Assembly (NCBI GenBank): GCA_002422205.1
Contig: DITS01000031.1
Span: forward strand, 24,115 to 88,114
DNA: 64,000 nt
Source: Alphaproteobacteria bacterium UBA6178
GTDB lineage: Bacteria; Pseudomonadota; Alphaproteobacteria; Rickettsiales; UBA3002
Direction: 5' to 3'
Shown: positions 15,821 through 24,470 of the stretch, piece after piece
How the letters are laid out: each line of letters starts with the position of its first letter
Position numbering within the stretch: the first letter of the stretch is position 1
Made by a program: the position numbers and the translations under genes
The notes under the pieces: model-generated
What the model was told of the DNA's origin: nothing
The model's database searches: none
The model's input: only the letters and a program-made list of their open reading frames with translations

Positions 15821-16300
15821 CTAAACGGAACGAAGGAGCACCGCTTCGCGCGCGGTAAAATAATCCTCTGAGGCTTTAATCAATCCCGAAAACTCACCCG
15901 CAAGCGGTGATAATTTCATGTCGTTCAAAGCATCCAATTGGCCTTCTTGGAAACGGCGATTCAATTGCTGTTTCTGAGGAGACAAAGGCTCACGCCGAGG
16001 GGATTGAAATGCTACAAAACCCTCTACTGCCGCCAACTCAAGCATTCTTGCAAAACGATACAATTCTGGATAGGGGCTGGAATCGATGGAAGCTGGGTAA
16101 TCTTCTGCAATACTGACGTCGTCCCATGCGCAGCGTTCACGAAGTGCTTCCAGTTCTTCTTTTAAGGGCTCACTCTCTAAGGCATCTGAGAGGGCTTTTG
16201 CTGGCGCAAACCGACGCTCTGCATATTCTTCCCACGATTCTTTAGGCGCCAGTGCGGGATCAGCTACAGGAACGTTACGAAGGTAAGGAATGTTTGTCAT
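15821..16300 (-). CDS. hypothetical protein (159 aa, acidic)
   Basis: ORF only, with no motif recognised. Confidence 0.45.
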   Translation of the reverse strand: MTNIPYLRNVPVADPALAPKESWEEYAERRFAPAKALSDALESEPLKEELEALRERCAWDDVSIAEDYPASIDSSPYPELYRFARMLELAAVEGFVAFQSPRREPLSPQKQQLNRRFQEGQLDALNDMKLSPLAGEFSGLIKASEDYFTAREAVLLRSV

Positions 16301-16429
16301 TGGCTCATTGAATCACAAAAAGATGACGGTTTAATTACAAAAAGATGATTAAATAAAATAAACAGGAACTAAACTACGGTAATGCAAGCCAAGTTGAAAT
16401 CGTCGATTATCACTAAAGGAGGCAAGAAT

Positions 16430-16762
16430 ATGGCAAAAAAAGGACAAAGCACCGCCACGCTACGCATGAAACATGCAGGCGAGCTGCTACAGCAGGATTT
16501 TTTGGATGAGCTGGGAATCAGTCAGTCACAGCTTGCCAATGCCATTGGTGTGCCGCGCAGCCGCATATCGGCTATTTGCAAAGCAGAGCGCCCGATTACG
16601 ATGGATACCGCCATCCGATTGGGTAAGGCGCTGGGAACCACGGCGCAATTTTGGATGAATCTGCAAAATGAGTATGATTTGCGCGAAGCCAAACGCTTAC
16701 ATGACTACGCTGATATTCATACACTGGTTGCCCATAACACCCTAACCGTAGATGCGAGATAG
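16430..16762 (+). CDS. HigA-family antitoxin-like XRE HTH protein (no cognate HigB seen)
   Basis: HAGELLQQDFLDELGISQSQLANAIGVPRSRISAICKAERPITMDTAIRLGKALGTTAQFWMNLQNEYDL fits the HigA/VapI pattern. A strong RBS, aaaggagg, precedes the ATG at 16430. Confidence 0.8.
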   Translation: MAKKGQSTATLRMKHAGELLQQDFLDELGISQSQLANAIGVPRSRISAICKAERPITMDTAIRLGKALGTTAQFWMNLQNEYDLREAKRLHDYADIHTLVAHNTLTVDAR

Positions 16763-16869
16763 CCATACGGAGACAGGAAGGATATTCGGTGTATTCTGAG
16801 GGGCACTCTAGGGGCACTAGCGGTCAAAAAATGACAATAACTGGTGGCTGTGCTCTCGCAGAGACCTTC

Positions 16870-18759
16870 CTATCCTTCGCCCTCGATGATCCGCGTCGTC
16901 ACTTCGGCGCTGAGGCTGTTGGCTTGGGCGGCAACCAGAATGGTGGCGTCAATCTGTGCGCTCAACAAGGCGTAGATGGTCGATTCGCTGGCAATATCCG
17001 TATCCGCCAAAACACCCCGCGCGGCGGTAATATTCTGCATACTGCTCATAGTGTTGCTGCTCATAATATCCGAGCTGGCCTGCTTCGATCCCACATTCGC
17101 GCGCCTTGCTGTAATATAATCCACCGCATGCAACACGCTCTCAAAGGCCGCAGCAGCTTTGGCGTCTGTATTCAGGCTCATCGTATCGGTGCCATACAGG
17201 CTCACCTCGTCATAGGTGCCCATATTCACGCTGAGCACATCTGCCTTAGCCGAACCGGCGGGGAAATTAAATAAACCTTTCGGGTCAAGGGTGAGGGTTA
17301 CTTTATGCGGCAGCACAAAACTGCTGCCCACCAAAATCTCCATCTCTAAGGTAAGCGTAATCGGATCATCACCCAAGCCAGTGATATCGTTAAGCGTGAT
17401 TTCTCCGGTCATGTCATTGACCTTCAGCAGCTCTCTGCCGGAACCGCCAATGACCCTATACTGAATCGACTTATTACCCGCATCGGCCACAAATTGGGCG
17501 ATAACGGTATCCGTTTCGAATCCATCAATAGTACGTTCTTCCATGCGGATACCTGGGGGATAGGCTTTGAATGGGTGCGTGCTAGCAAGCTCACCTTCGA
17601 TACCCCACTTATGCGCCAGATAGCCTTCCATAAACAACTGCTCATCCAGATTAAGCGCCCGCTCGAAGGCAAAGAATTCGGCAATATTACCCGTCAGCTC
17701 ATCACCACTCGTCTGATCATCACCCAATACAAAGCTGTTGGAGCTATCACGTGTGGAAATAGTCGTATCAAGCGAGGGCAAGCCATTGAGGTTGCCGGTC
17801 ACATCCGTATCATTATGGATCGTACTGATAACCGTAAACTGCCCATAATCAATTGTGCCGGTGAAGGGCCGGAATTCATTGACGGTGGTAAAATCATAAT
17901 ATTGCGGATTGGTGCCCTCTAAAAACCATGCATTGCGTGACCCTTCCGCCGCAGAGCCATAATCAAACAACGCTTCACGCGTGGCGCCACCACCGGTGCG
18001 GTTAAATACGCTGAATACGGTCAGCTGTTTGCCAATGGCAGGTACCGTGCCCAGCATCCGGTCATTTGCCCCGTCAAACTGCAAAATCCCCAAGTCATTC
18101 TGCGCATTATAAACGTAAGTCGGGCGCTCTGCCGCATTGGTTTGGCTTAGGTTATTCTGTGCAATGCTCTTATCAAGCACGGTAGCCACGCTGCCGCTAA
18201 ATAAAGGGTCACGCGCATTGCGGCCCGCCGCATCCAGCACCGTATCCATATCTCCCGCATCCACCCATAAAATAATATCGTCAATCAAATCAGGAGAAAA
18301 AGTAATATCTTGTGATTTGAAGGTCACAGCCGAAGGCTGCTGCGGAAACAATGGCAGGCCATTAAAATTTGTGTTTTTCAATATGCGTGATACTTCCGCG
18401 CGCAAGGCTTGAAATTCGATATCTAAAAAGCCCCGCTCGGCACCGGTGAGCACGCCACTTCCTGCTTGCACTGCCAATGCCTGCATACGGTTAAGCGCGC
18501 TGTCAATTTCGCTGAGAGCGCCGCTGGCTACTTGCAAGAGGCTGCTGGCTTGCGACAAATTGGCTATCGCCGAGCGAGACGTAGTCAATGATGTATTCAT
18601 ACGCGTGGATATCGACATGGCCGCCACATCATCCGCTGCGCGCTGAATGCGCACGCCAGACGCCAGACGCCCTACTGATAACGCGTGCTTAGACGCGCTA
18701 CGCCGCAGTGATGCTGCCAACAACCCGAAATTTGGTCTGAGTGATACCAACTCGCTCAC
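16870..18759 (-). CDS. flagellin-domain protein with large central LamG-like and cadherin-like insert
   Basis: 629 aa with a GTG start and an aaggtgg RBS. The N-terminus (RLASGVRIQRAADDVAAMSISTRM...ALNRMQALAVQ) and C-terminus (ARRANVGSKQASSDI...ALLSAQIDATILVAAQANS) are flagellin D0/D1-like. The centre contains GNIAEFFAFERALNLDEQLFMEGYLAHKWGI (a LamG-type tail motif) and IQYRVIGGSGRELLKVNDMTGEITL (cadherin-like). Confidence 0.75.
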   Translation of the reverse strand: MSELVSLRPNFGLLAASLRRSASKHALSVGRLASGVRIQRAADDVAAMSISTRMNTSLTTSRSAIANLSQASSLLQVASGALSEIDSALNRMQALAVQAGSGVLTGAERGFLDIEFQALRAEVSRILKNTNFNGLPLFPQQPSAVTFKSQDITFSPDLIDDIILWVDAGDMDTVLDAAGRNARDPLFSGSVATVLDKSIAQNNLSQTNAAERPTYVYNAQNDLGILQFDGANDRMLGTVPAIGKQLTVFSVFNRTGGGATREALFDYGSAAEGSRNAWFLEGTNPQYYDFTTVNEFRPFTGTIDYGQFTVISTIHNDTDVTGNLNGLPSLDTTISTRDSSNSFVLGDDQTSGDELTGNIAEFFAFERALNLDEQLFMEGYLAHKWGIEGELASTHPFKAYPPGIRMEERTIDGFETDTVIAQFVADAGNKSIQYRVIGGSGRELLKVNDMTGEITLNDITGLGDDPITLTLEMEILVGSSFVLPHKVTLTLDPKGLFNFPAGSAKADVLSVNMGTYDEVSLYGTDTMSLNTDAKAAAAFESVLHAVDYITARRANVGSKQASSDIMSSNTMSSMQNITAARGVLADTDIASESTIYALLSAQIDATILVAAQANSLSAEVTTRIIEGEG

Positions 18760-18820
18760 CGTATCCCACCTTCTTATTGATTTCTTTAGGGATCGCCTAC
18801 AATTTCTAGACCAATACCAG

Positions 18821-18846
18821 ATAAAGGCAGGAACACAAAGACTTTA
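18821..18846 (-). promoter_or_regulatory. weak sigma28 (FliA)-like promoter candidate upstream of the flagellin-domain gene
   Basis: The minus strand reads TAAAGTCT-N10-GCCTTTAT, against the consensus TAAAGTTT-N11-GCCGATAA. That is 7/8 and 5/8 matches with the spacing one short. Confidence 0.25.
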
Positions 18847-18892
18847 AGATACTATGAGAGAATAGCTATACGAAGGCGCTGATAAAACGATG

Positions 18893-19576
18893 TCATATTA
18901 ACCCGTGGCTTTTAAAGGAGTAATGCCCACGCTGACTGATAATAATATGATCATGCACCGGAATGCTCACCGCCATGGCGGCTTGCACAATTTTTTCCGT
19001 CATTTCAATATCAGCCTTCGACGGCGTCGGGTCACCGCTGGGGTGGTTATGCACCAAAATAATGGCACTCGCACCCAACTCCAATGCGCGCTTCACCACC
19101 TCGCGCGGATAAACAGGTGTGTGATCCACCGTGCCTTTTTGCTGTTCTTCATCGGCGAGCAACGCGTTTTTATGGTTCAAAAACAAAATGCGGAATGACT
19201 CCACCTTTTTATTCGCCATCACCAGCTTGCAATAATCCAGCAATGCCGTCCATGACTGGATAATCGGGCGCTCGGTCATTTCGGCCCGCACCAGCCGCTG
19301 CGCGGCTAGCTCCACCGCCTTAATACAGCAAATCACGGCCTCTCCAACCTCGTCAATTTTTTGCAGCTCTGTGGCTTCTGCATGTAACACTTTGTCAAAG
19401 CTGCCAAAATGTTTGATTAAACGCTTGGCCAGAGGCTTCACATCGCCACGTGGACGCGCGCCGAACAAAATCAATTCAAGCAACTCATAATCCGGCAGAT
19501 GCTCGCCGCCGGGTTGCAAAAACCGCTCACGCAACCGTTGGCGATGGCCTAAATGATAGCTTTCATCCGCTGGCAT
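18893..19576 (-). CDS. radC: RadC-family JAB-domain protein
   Basis: Starts at MPADESYHLGHRQRLRERF (ATG at complement 19574-19576). C-terminal JAMM-like ILVHNHPSGDPTPSKAD. The longer 396-aa track ORF is an upstream artefact. Confidence 0.88.
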   Translation of the reverse strand: MPADESYHLGHRQRLRERFLQPGGEHLPDYELLELILFGARPRGDVKPLAKRLIKHFGSFDKVLHAEATELQKIDEVGEAVICCIKAVELAAQRLVRAEMTERPIIQSWTALLDYCKLVMANKKVESFRILFLNHKNALLADEEQQKGTVDHTPVYPREVVKRALELGASAIILVHNHPSGDPTPSKADIEMTEKIVQAAMAVSIPVHDHIIISQRGHYSFKSHGLI

Positions 19577-19683
19577 AAAGCATGCACTCCCCTCAGGGCA
19601 TAATTTATGCGGAAAGCCTCGCACAAACACAATGAAAATTGTGTCTTGCAAAAATACGGTTATCCGCTCAAAACTAGCAAGGC

Positions 19684-20880
19684 ATGGACACCGCAACCGC
19701 ACATAAGCCCAGCCCCCTAAAGTTGGACGAACTAAGGCTTGTCGCTGACGCGCATTTGCAATGGTTGCAAAGCGAGGGCAGGGACGGGCGACGCGCCAAC
19801 CTGTCAGGTCAGGATTTAAGCGGACTGGATTTGCAGGGCATTTACCTACCCGAAGCAAATTTGCGCGGTGCCACGCTGGTGGGCACCAATTTTTCGCAAG
19901 CTGATTTGCAGGGGGCGGATTTTTCGCAATCCATCCTCGAGCGCACCAATTTCCGCCAAACGAAGTTAGAAGGTGCCAACTTCTCGCGCGCCGAAGCGTT
20001 TTGCGCCTATTTTGATCACGCCTCGATGGTCGACGCCAATTTTTCACACGCGAATTTAAAAGAGGCCAGCCTGCGCGGCGCACAACTAACCGGCGTCAAA
20101 TTCCGTGAGGCCAGCGTGATGGGCGCTAATTTCAGCGGCGCAAATTTGCAGCAAGCGGTATTGCGCGATCTCAATGCGAGTGAAGCTGTATTTAACGGCG
20201 CTGACATGACACAAACCGATTGCCGTGACGCGAATCTGAACTTCGCCCGCTTTAAGGACACCATTCTACAGGAAACCAACCTGCGTGGTGCCAGCATGGA
20301 CAATGTGGTGTTCACCGATACCGATTTTTCCTATGCGATAGATCTGGAGCAACGCTACCAGTCGCAATCCATCGAATCGGAAAAGCAAAGTATTCAGAAA
20401 GAAATGGATAACATCCAGAAAAGCCGTGACGAAGTAGCACAATACGAACTGAATGTGAAAAGACAGAAAAAAGATTTAATCAATAAACGCCGTGTCATCG
20501 CGAGCCTCAACGAGTTGGAAGGCGAGGTGAGCGAATCATTAGTAAAATATATGCGGCAATTCCGCTTTATTGCTATTTTCTGGTTTGTCGTGGTGGCCGC
20601 CTTTGCCACGATTATGTTCTATCAGGTCTCGCGAATCGGTCATGAAAACCTCAATCTGCTGGAAATAGCCGTGGTATTGTTCATTTTGGTGAGCGTATTA
20701 GGCGCGCATATTTTTTCAGCGGTTATTGCATTGGCTGTGGCTAAGCGCTTCGCTCGCTATGTAAGGCTACGCCAAGAAAAACTTGAAAGCAGCAAACTCA
20801 CAGATGAAGATGAATTGAGCATGGCCACCTATGGGTCGCAGCAGGATCAGCCTTCCATTCCTCCCACCACCTATTTATAA
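19684..20880 (+). CDS. pentapeptide-repeat protein with C-terminal coiled coil and two TM helices
   Basis: 398 aa. About 200 aa of A(D/N)LxG-type pentapeptide repeats (ANLSGQDLSGLDLQG...ANLRGATLVGTNFSQADLQGADFSQ...), then a coiled coil (KQSIQKEMDNIQKSRDEV), then FIAIFWFVVVAAFATIMFY and AVVLFILVSVLGAHIFSAVIALAV. Confidence 0.8.
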   Translation: MDTATAHKPSPLKLDELRLVADAHLQWLQSEGRDGRRANLSGQDLSGLDLQGIYLPEANLRGATLVGTNFSQADLQGADFSQSILERTNFRQTKLEGANFSRAEAFCAYFDHASMVDANFSHANLKEASLRGAQLTGVKFREASVMGANFSGANLQQAVLRDLNASEAVFNGADMTQTDCRDANLNFARFKDTILQETNLRGASMDNVVFTDTDFSYAIDLEQRYQSQSIESEKQSIQKEMDNIQKSRDEVAQYELNVKRQKKDLINKRRVIASLNELEGEVSESLVKYMRQFRFIAIFWFVVVAAFATIMFYQVSRIGHENLNLLEIAVVLFILVSVLGAHIFSAVIALAVAKRFARYVRLRQEKLESSKLTDEDELSMATYGSQQDQPSIPPTTYL

Positions 20881-20953
20881 CCGATATACTTGCCCCTACT
20901 TGTCCTTTAACGGCATAAAAGCTATGCTGAATGAATAATAACAAGGTTAAAAC

Positions 20954-21499
20954 ATGAATGCTGAATCAATATGCGTCTTTTGCGGCGCGCAGAATGCGGT
21001 ACCAAAGGCCCATCTGGAAATGGGAGCAAAGCTAGGCGAAACCATCGCCAAAGCCAAACGTAAGCTGGTATTTGGAGGCGGTGATTGCGGTGTAATGGGG
21101 GCGGTGGCCAATGCCGCGATGCAGGCCAATGGCTTTGTGACAGGGGTTTTCCCCCGCTCATTGCGTGATTTAGAAAAGGAACATCAAAGGATTAGCGAAA
21201 TTATCATGGTCGACACCATGCATGAGCGCAAATTCATCATGTATGAAAAATCCGATATTTTTGTTATTATGCCCGGCGGCTTTGGCACCATGGATGAATT
21301 GTTCGAAATTCTCACATGGAAACAACTTAAATTACATGATAAGCCCATCATAATTTTTAATTACTTAGGATACTGGGATCATCTGGTAGCGCTTATGGAC
21401 AACATTATTACAACTGGTTTCGCACGGGAAGAGAACCGTCTGATTTACTCTGTCGTTAATGATCTTGATGCGCTTCTGACTGAACTGCACATCAAATAA
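20954..21499 (+). CDS. LOG family protein (TIGR00730-type nucleotide phosphoribohydrolase)
   Basis: 181 aa. The [12 protein letters not shown] motif and the overall LOG layout. Confidence 0.85.
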   Translation: MNAESICVFCGAQNAVPKAHLEMGAKLGETIAKAKRKLVFGGGDCGVMGAVANAAMQANGFVTGVFPRSLRDLEKEHQRISEIIMVDTMHERKFIMYEKSDIFVIMPGGFGTMDELFEILTWKQLKLHDKPIIIFNYLGYWDHLVALMDNIITTGFAREENRLIYSVVNDLDALLTELHIK

Positions 21500-21507
21500 C
21501 GAGGCGT

Positions 21508-22887
21508 ATGAGCAAAAAAATCGTAATCGGCAAAGAAGAATGGTGCGCATTGCCGGAGCTGGGCCTGCCCGCTATTAAAGCACGGGTGGACACCGGTGCC
21601 AAAACATCATCGCTGCATGCTTTCAATATTCAACCCTTCGAAGAGGACGGCATCAAATTCGTCCATTTCGATATCCATCCGGTGCAGGATAACCGCAAAA
21701 TCATCCAGCGTTGCACTGGCCGCGTAGTCGATCGCCGCGAGGTTAAAAGCTCCAGCGGTGATAGCGAACGCCGCCATGTTATTCGCACTCCCTTGCGCAT
21801 CGGCGATGAGGTATGGGATGTCGAAATTACACTAACAAACCGCGACGCCATGGGCTACCGCATGCTGCTGGGCCGCGAAGCAATGAGCCGTCGCGTGCTG
21901 ATTGATCCCGATTCGTCATTCTGCCTTGGTGAAATAACGGAGCTGGAAGCGCAAAACCACTACCATGCTTTCGCGCCATCAGCCAAAGGGCTTAAAATCG
22001 TGCTGCTTGCCAGCAATCCTGAGCTGTATTCCAACCGCCGCATCATGGAAGCAGGCGAAGAGCGCGGCCACGACATGCGCTTTGTCAATGTGCGCAACTG
22101 CTATATGAACATCGGCTCCTCCAAGCCCGAAGTACATTACCGTGGTGGCGAAATCCTTGATGATGTCGATGCGGTCATACCGCGCCTTAAACCCGCTGTT
22201 ACCTTTTATGGCTGTGCTGTAACCCGCCAGTTTGAATCGATGGGTGCCTTTGTGCTCAATACCTCCGTTGCCATTTCGCGCTCGCGCGATAAGCTGCGCT
22301 CATTGCAAATTCTCGCTGGCGAAAAAGTCGATATGCCACTCACCGGCTTCGCCGATTCGCCACTCGACACGCGTGACCTCATCAAAATGGTCGGCGGCGC
22401 CCCCGTCGTCGTGAAATTGCTTGAAGGAACGCAAGGCAAAGGCGTGGTGCTGGCCGAAACCAACAAAGCGGCAGAAAGTGTCATCAACGCATTCAAAAGC
22501 CTGCAGGCAAATATTCTGGTACAGGAATTCGTTAAAGAAGCCGACGGTAAAGACATTCGCTGCTTCGTCATTGACGGCAAAGTAGTAGGCTCCATGCAGC
22601 GTGCCGCCGCTAGCGGCGAATTCCGTGCCAACCTGCATCTGGGCGGCACCGCCAGTTCCGTGCGCATTACCGCGAGCGAGCGAAAAATGGCACTCAAAGC
22701 CGCCAAAGCGATGGGGCTGAAAGTATCCGGCGTCGATATCATCCGCTCCAGCGGCGGGCCCAAAGTATTGGAGATCAATTCCTCCCCCGGTCTGGAAGGT
22801 ATCGAAGATATCACCGGTAAGGATATCGCTGGCATGATGATCGAATCCATCGAACGACATGTCGCGGTGCGTAAGGCATCCGCTTAA
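21508..22887 (+). CDS. rimK: fusion of retropepsin-like ATP-dependent zinc protease domain (RimB-like) with RimK ATP-grasp alpha-L-glutamate ligase
   Basis: 459 aa. The N-terminal ~140 aa ([31 protein letters not shown]) are a DUF785/zinc-protease-type domain. The remainder is RimK-like ATP-grasp ([16 protein letters not shown]...[12 protein letters not shown]). Confidence 0.85.
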   Translation: MSKKIVIGKEEWCALPELGLPAIKARVDTGAKTSSLHAFNIQPFEEDGIKFVHFDIHPVQDNRKIIQRCTGRVVDRREVKSSSGDSERRHVIRTPLRIGDEVWDVEITLTNRDAMGYRMLLGREAMSRRVLIDPDSSFCLGEITELEAQNHYHAFAPSAKGLKIVLLASNPELYSNRRIMEAGEERGHDMRFVNVRNCYMNIGSSKPEVHYRGGEILDDVDAVIPRLKPAVTFYGCAVTRQFESMGAFVLNTSVAISRSRDKLRSLQILAGEKVDMPLTGFADSPLDTRDLIKMVGGAPVVVKLLEGTQGKGVVLAETNKAAESVINAFKSLQANILVQEFVKEADGKDIRCFVIDGKVVGSMQRAAASGEFRANLHLGGTASSVRITASERKMALKAAKAMGLKVSGVDIIRSSGGPKVLEINSSPGLEGIEDITGKDIAGMMIESIERHVAVRKASA

Positions 22888-22889
22888 CT

Positions 22890-23657
22890 ATGTTGTCTTA
22901 TCAGCATGCATACCATGCTGGCTGCCGCGCCGATATGCACAAACATGCGGCGCTATGCGTGCTGCTATCCTGTTTGATACAAAAAGACAAACCGCTCACC
23001 TATATGGAAACCCATGCAGGCCGTGGCCTCTATGATTTATGCAGCGCCGAGGCAGAAAAAACCGGCGAAGCCAAAGCAGGCATCCTAACGCTCGAATCCA
23101 CTATTCCTGCTGACCACCCCTACGCTCGTATGTTGCAAACCCATCATACAGCCTATGGTGCCACGTCCTATCCCGGCTCACCTTTCATTGCAAAGCAGGT
23201 ACTGCGTGCATTCGATGTCATGCATCTGATGGAGCTGCATCCGCAGGAATACAAGGCGTTAAAGCAAGCAATGCGTGGCAGTCATATTCATAAGCGCGAT
23301 GGCTATGAAGGCGTATTATCGCTCTCGCCACCCCACCCGCGTCGCGGGGTAGTGCTGATAGACCCCAGCTACGAAGTCAAAAGCGAATATCAGAAAGCCG
23401 CTGATTTTATTATCATGCTTCACCGCAAATGGCCCGAAGCCGTGATCATGCTATGGTATCCGTTATTACCCACTGCCAATCATAGGGATATGCTCGGCAC
23501 CTTGCTTAAGGCTGATTTGCCAAAATGCTGGCACCAGGAAATCACTTGGGCCCCGCAAACGCCCAAAGCTATGCAAGGCAGTGGCTTAATCATCATCAAC
23601 ACCCCGCACAACGCCGTGGCTACGCTTGATATCAATATCTTGCTAGATACTAACTAA
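22890..23657 (+). CDS. rlmJ: 23S rRNA (adenine2030-N6)-methyltransferase
   Basis: 255 aa. N-terminus MLSYQHAYHAGCRADMHKH is typical of RlmJ. Confidence 0.85.
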   Translation: MLSYQHAYHAGCRADMHKHAALCVLLSCLIQKDKPLTYMETHAGRGLYDLCSAEAEKTGEAKAGILTLESTIPADHPYARMLQTHHTAYGATSYPGSPFIAKQVLRAFDVMHLMELHPQEYKALKQAMRGSHIHKRDGYEGVLSLSPPHPRRGVVLIDPSYEVKSEYQKAADFIIMLHRKWPEAVIMLWYPLLPTANHRDMLGTLLKADLPKCWHQEITWAPQTPKAMQGSGLIIINTPHNAVATLDINILLDTN

Positions 23658-23730
23658 TGCTGCCCCTTCATTGTTTATTAATATTTTTCTCATAAAATGG
23701 AGATGCAACTTAAAAAGTTAGAGGCAGCGT

Positions 23731-24468
23731 ATGATTACCGAAAATTCCATTGAAATTTCATACGAAAATATACCAGCCATTGCTGCCCGTACCTTGGAGC
23801 ATATTAAGGATAATCCTGCTTTGGCAACACTGGGAAGGCCGATTCCCACGCAGGCTGAATTAGAGACGAAGCTGAATGGCTTTCTGGACGCAATAGCGCC
23901 ACACACAGACAGAATGAAAAGGGACTTTAATCAGGAAGGGCTTTTGGTAACGGATGCTATGTTTGAAAATTACTTCGAGAAAAAGCCTTCACCTGCTTCT
24001 CCGGGTTCTTTTTCTTTATCACATAAATTTCCTGCGCCAGTGCTGGCCATTATGAGTAAAGAGGAGCTAACAGCGGTCTGGCTGCACGAACAAGGCCATG
24101 ATTTGCTGAACCATTCTGCCCGACTTCCGCAGGAAAATACGCCGGAGACACGAAAAGCCATGGAATGCGAGGCAGACCATCTCTCCAACCATTATTCTGG
24201 CAACCCGGAGATGATGGCTGATGCGCTTAAAATATTCTCCAAAATTGCACGCTCGTATGGTCATCCGGCACCTGCGTCTCACGAGCCTGCTGCTTCCGGT
24301 GTTCACCCATCGCAAGATGAACGAACAGGAAACATAACCGCAAGGCTTAATCAGGCGCAGATCAGGCCGGGCGAAATCAAATTCGATGCGTCCTGCAATG
24401 GCACATTGATGGAATTAGCTCCCTTAGCTACCGACAAAACTGTCACCGAGCCTTTACACCATAAATAA
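23731..24468 (+). CDS. soluble HExxH zinc-metalloprotease-like protein (M48-like motifs)
   Basis: 245 aa. WLHEQGHDLLNH (HExxH), a downstream ECEADHLS, and GVHPSQDER (HPxxxxR), arranged as in M48 peptidases. No TM segment or signal peptide. Confidence 0.5.
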   Translation: MITENSIEISYENIPAIAARTLEHIKDNPALATLGRPIPTQAELETKLNGFLDAIAPHTDRMKRDFNQEGLLVTDAMFENYFEKKPSPASPGSFSLSHKFPAPVLAIMSKEELTAVWLHEQGHDLLNHSARLPQENTPETRKAMECEADHLSNHYSGNPEMMADALKIFSKIARSYGHPAPASHEPAASGVHPSQDERTGNITARLNQAQIRPGEIKFDASCNGTLMELAPLATDKTVTEPLHHK

Positions 24469-24470
24469 AC

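Noticed and set aside
16789-17274. 161-aa plus-strand ORF at the 3' end of the flagellin-domain gene
   Set aside because: It overlaps the conserved flagellin C-terminal coding region on the opposite strand, and its composition is shadow-like.
18893-20083. 396-aa ORF that would extend RadC by 169 N-terminal residues
   Set aside because: The extension is Arg/Trp/Pro-rich nonsense-like sequence and overlaps the pentapeptide-repeat gene (19684 onward) on the opposite strand. A canonical RadC N-terminus (MPADESYHLGHRQRLRERF) begins at the internal ATG at 19576.
22206-22860. 214-aa and 186-aa minus-strand ORFs
   Set aside because: They are antisense to the RimK ATP-grasp coding region. They are low-complexity Ser/Ala/Pro or Gly/Phe-rich translations.
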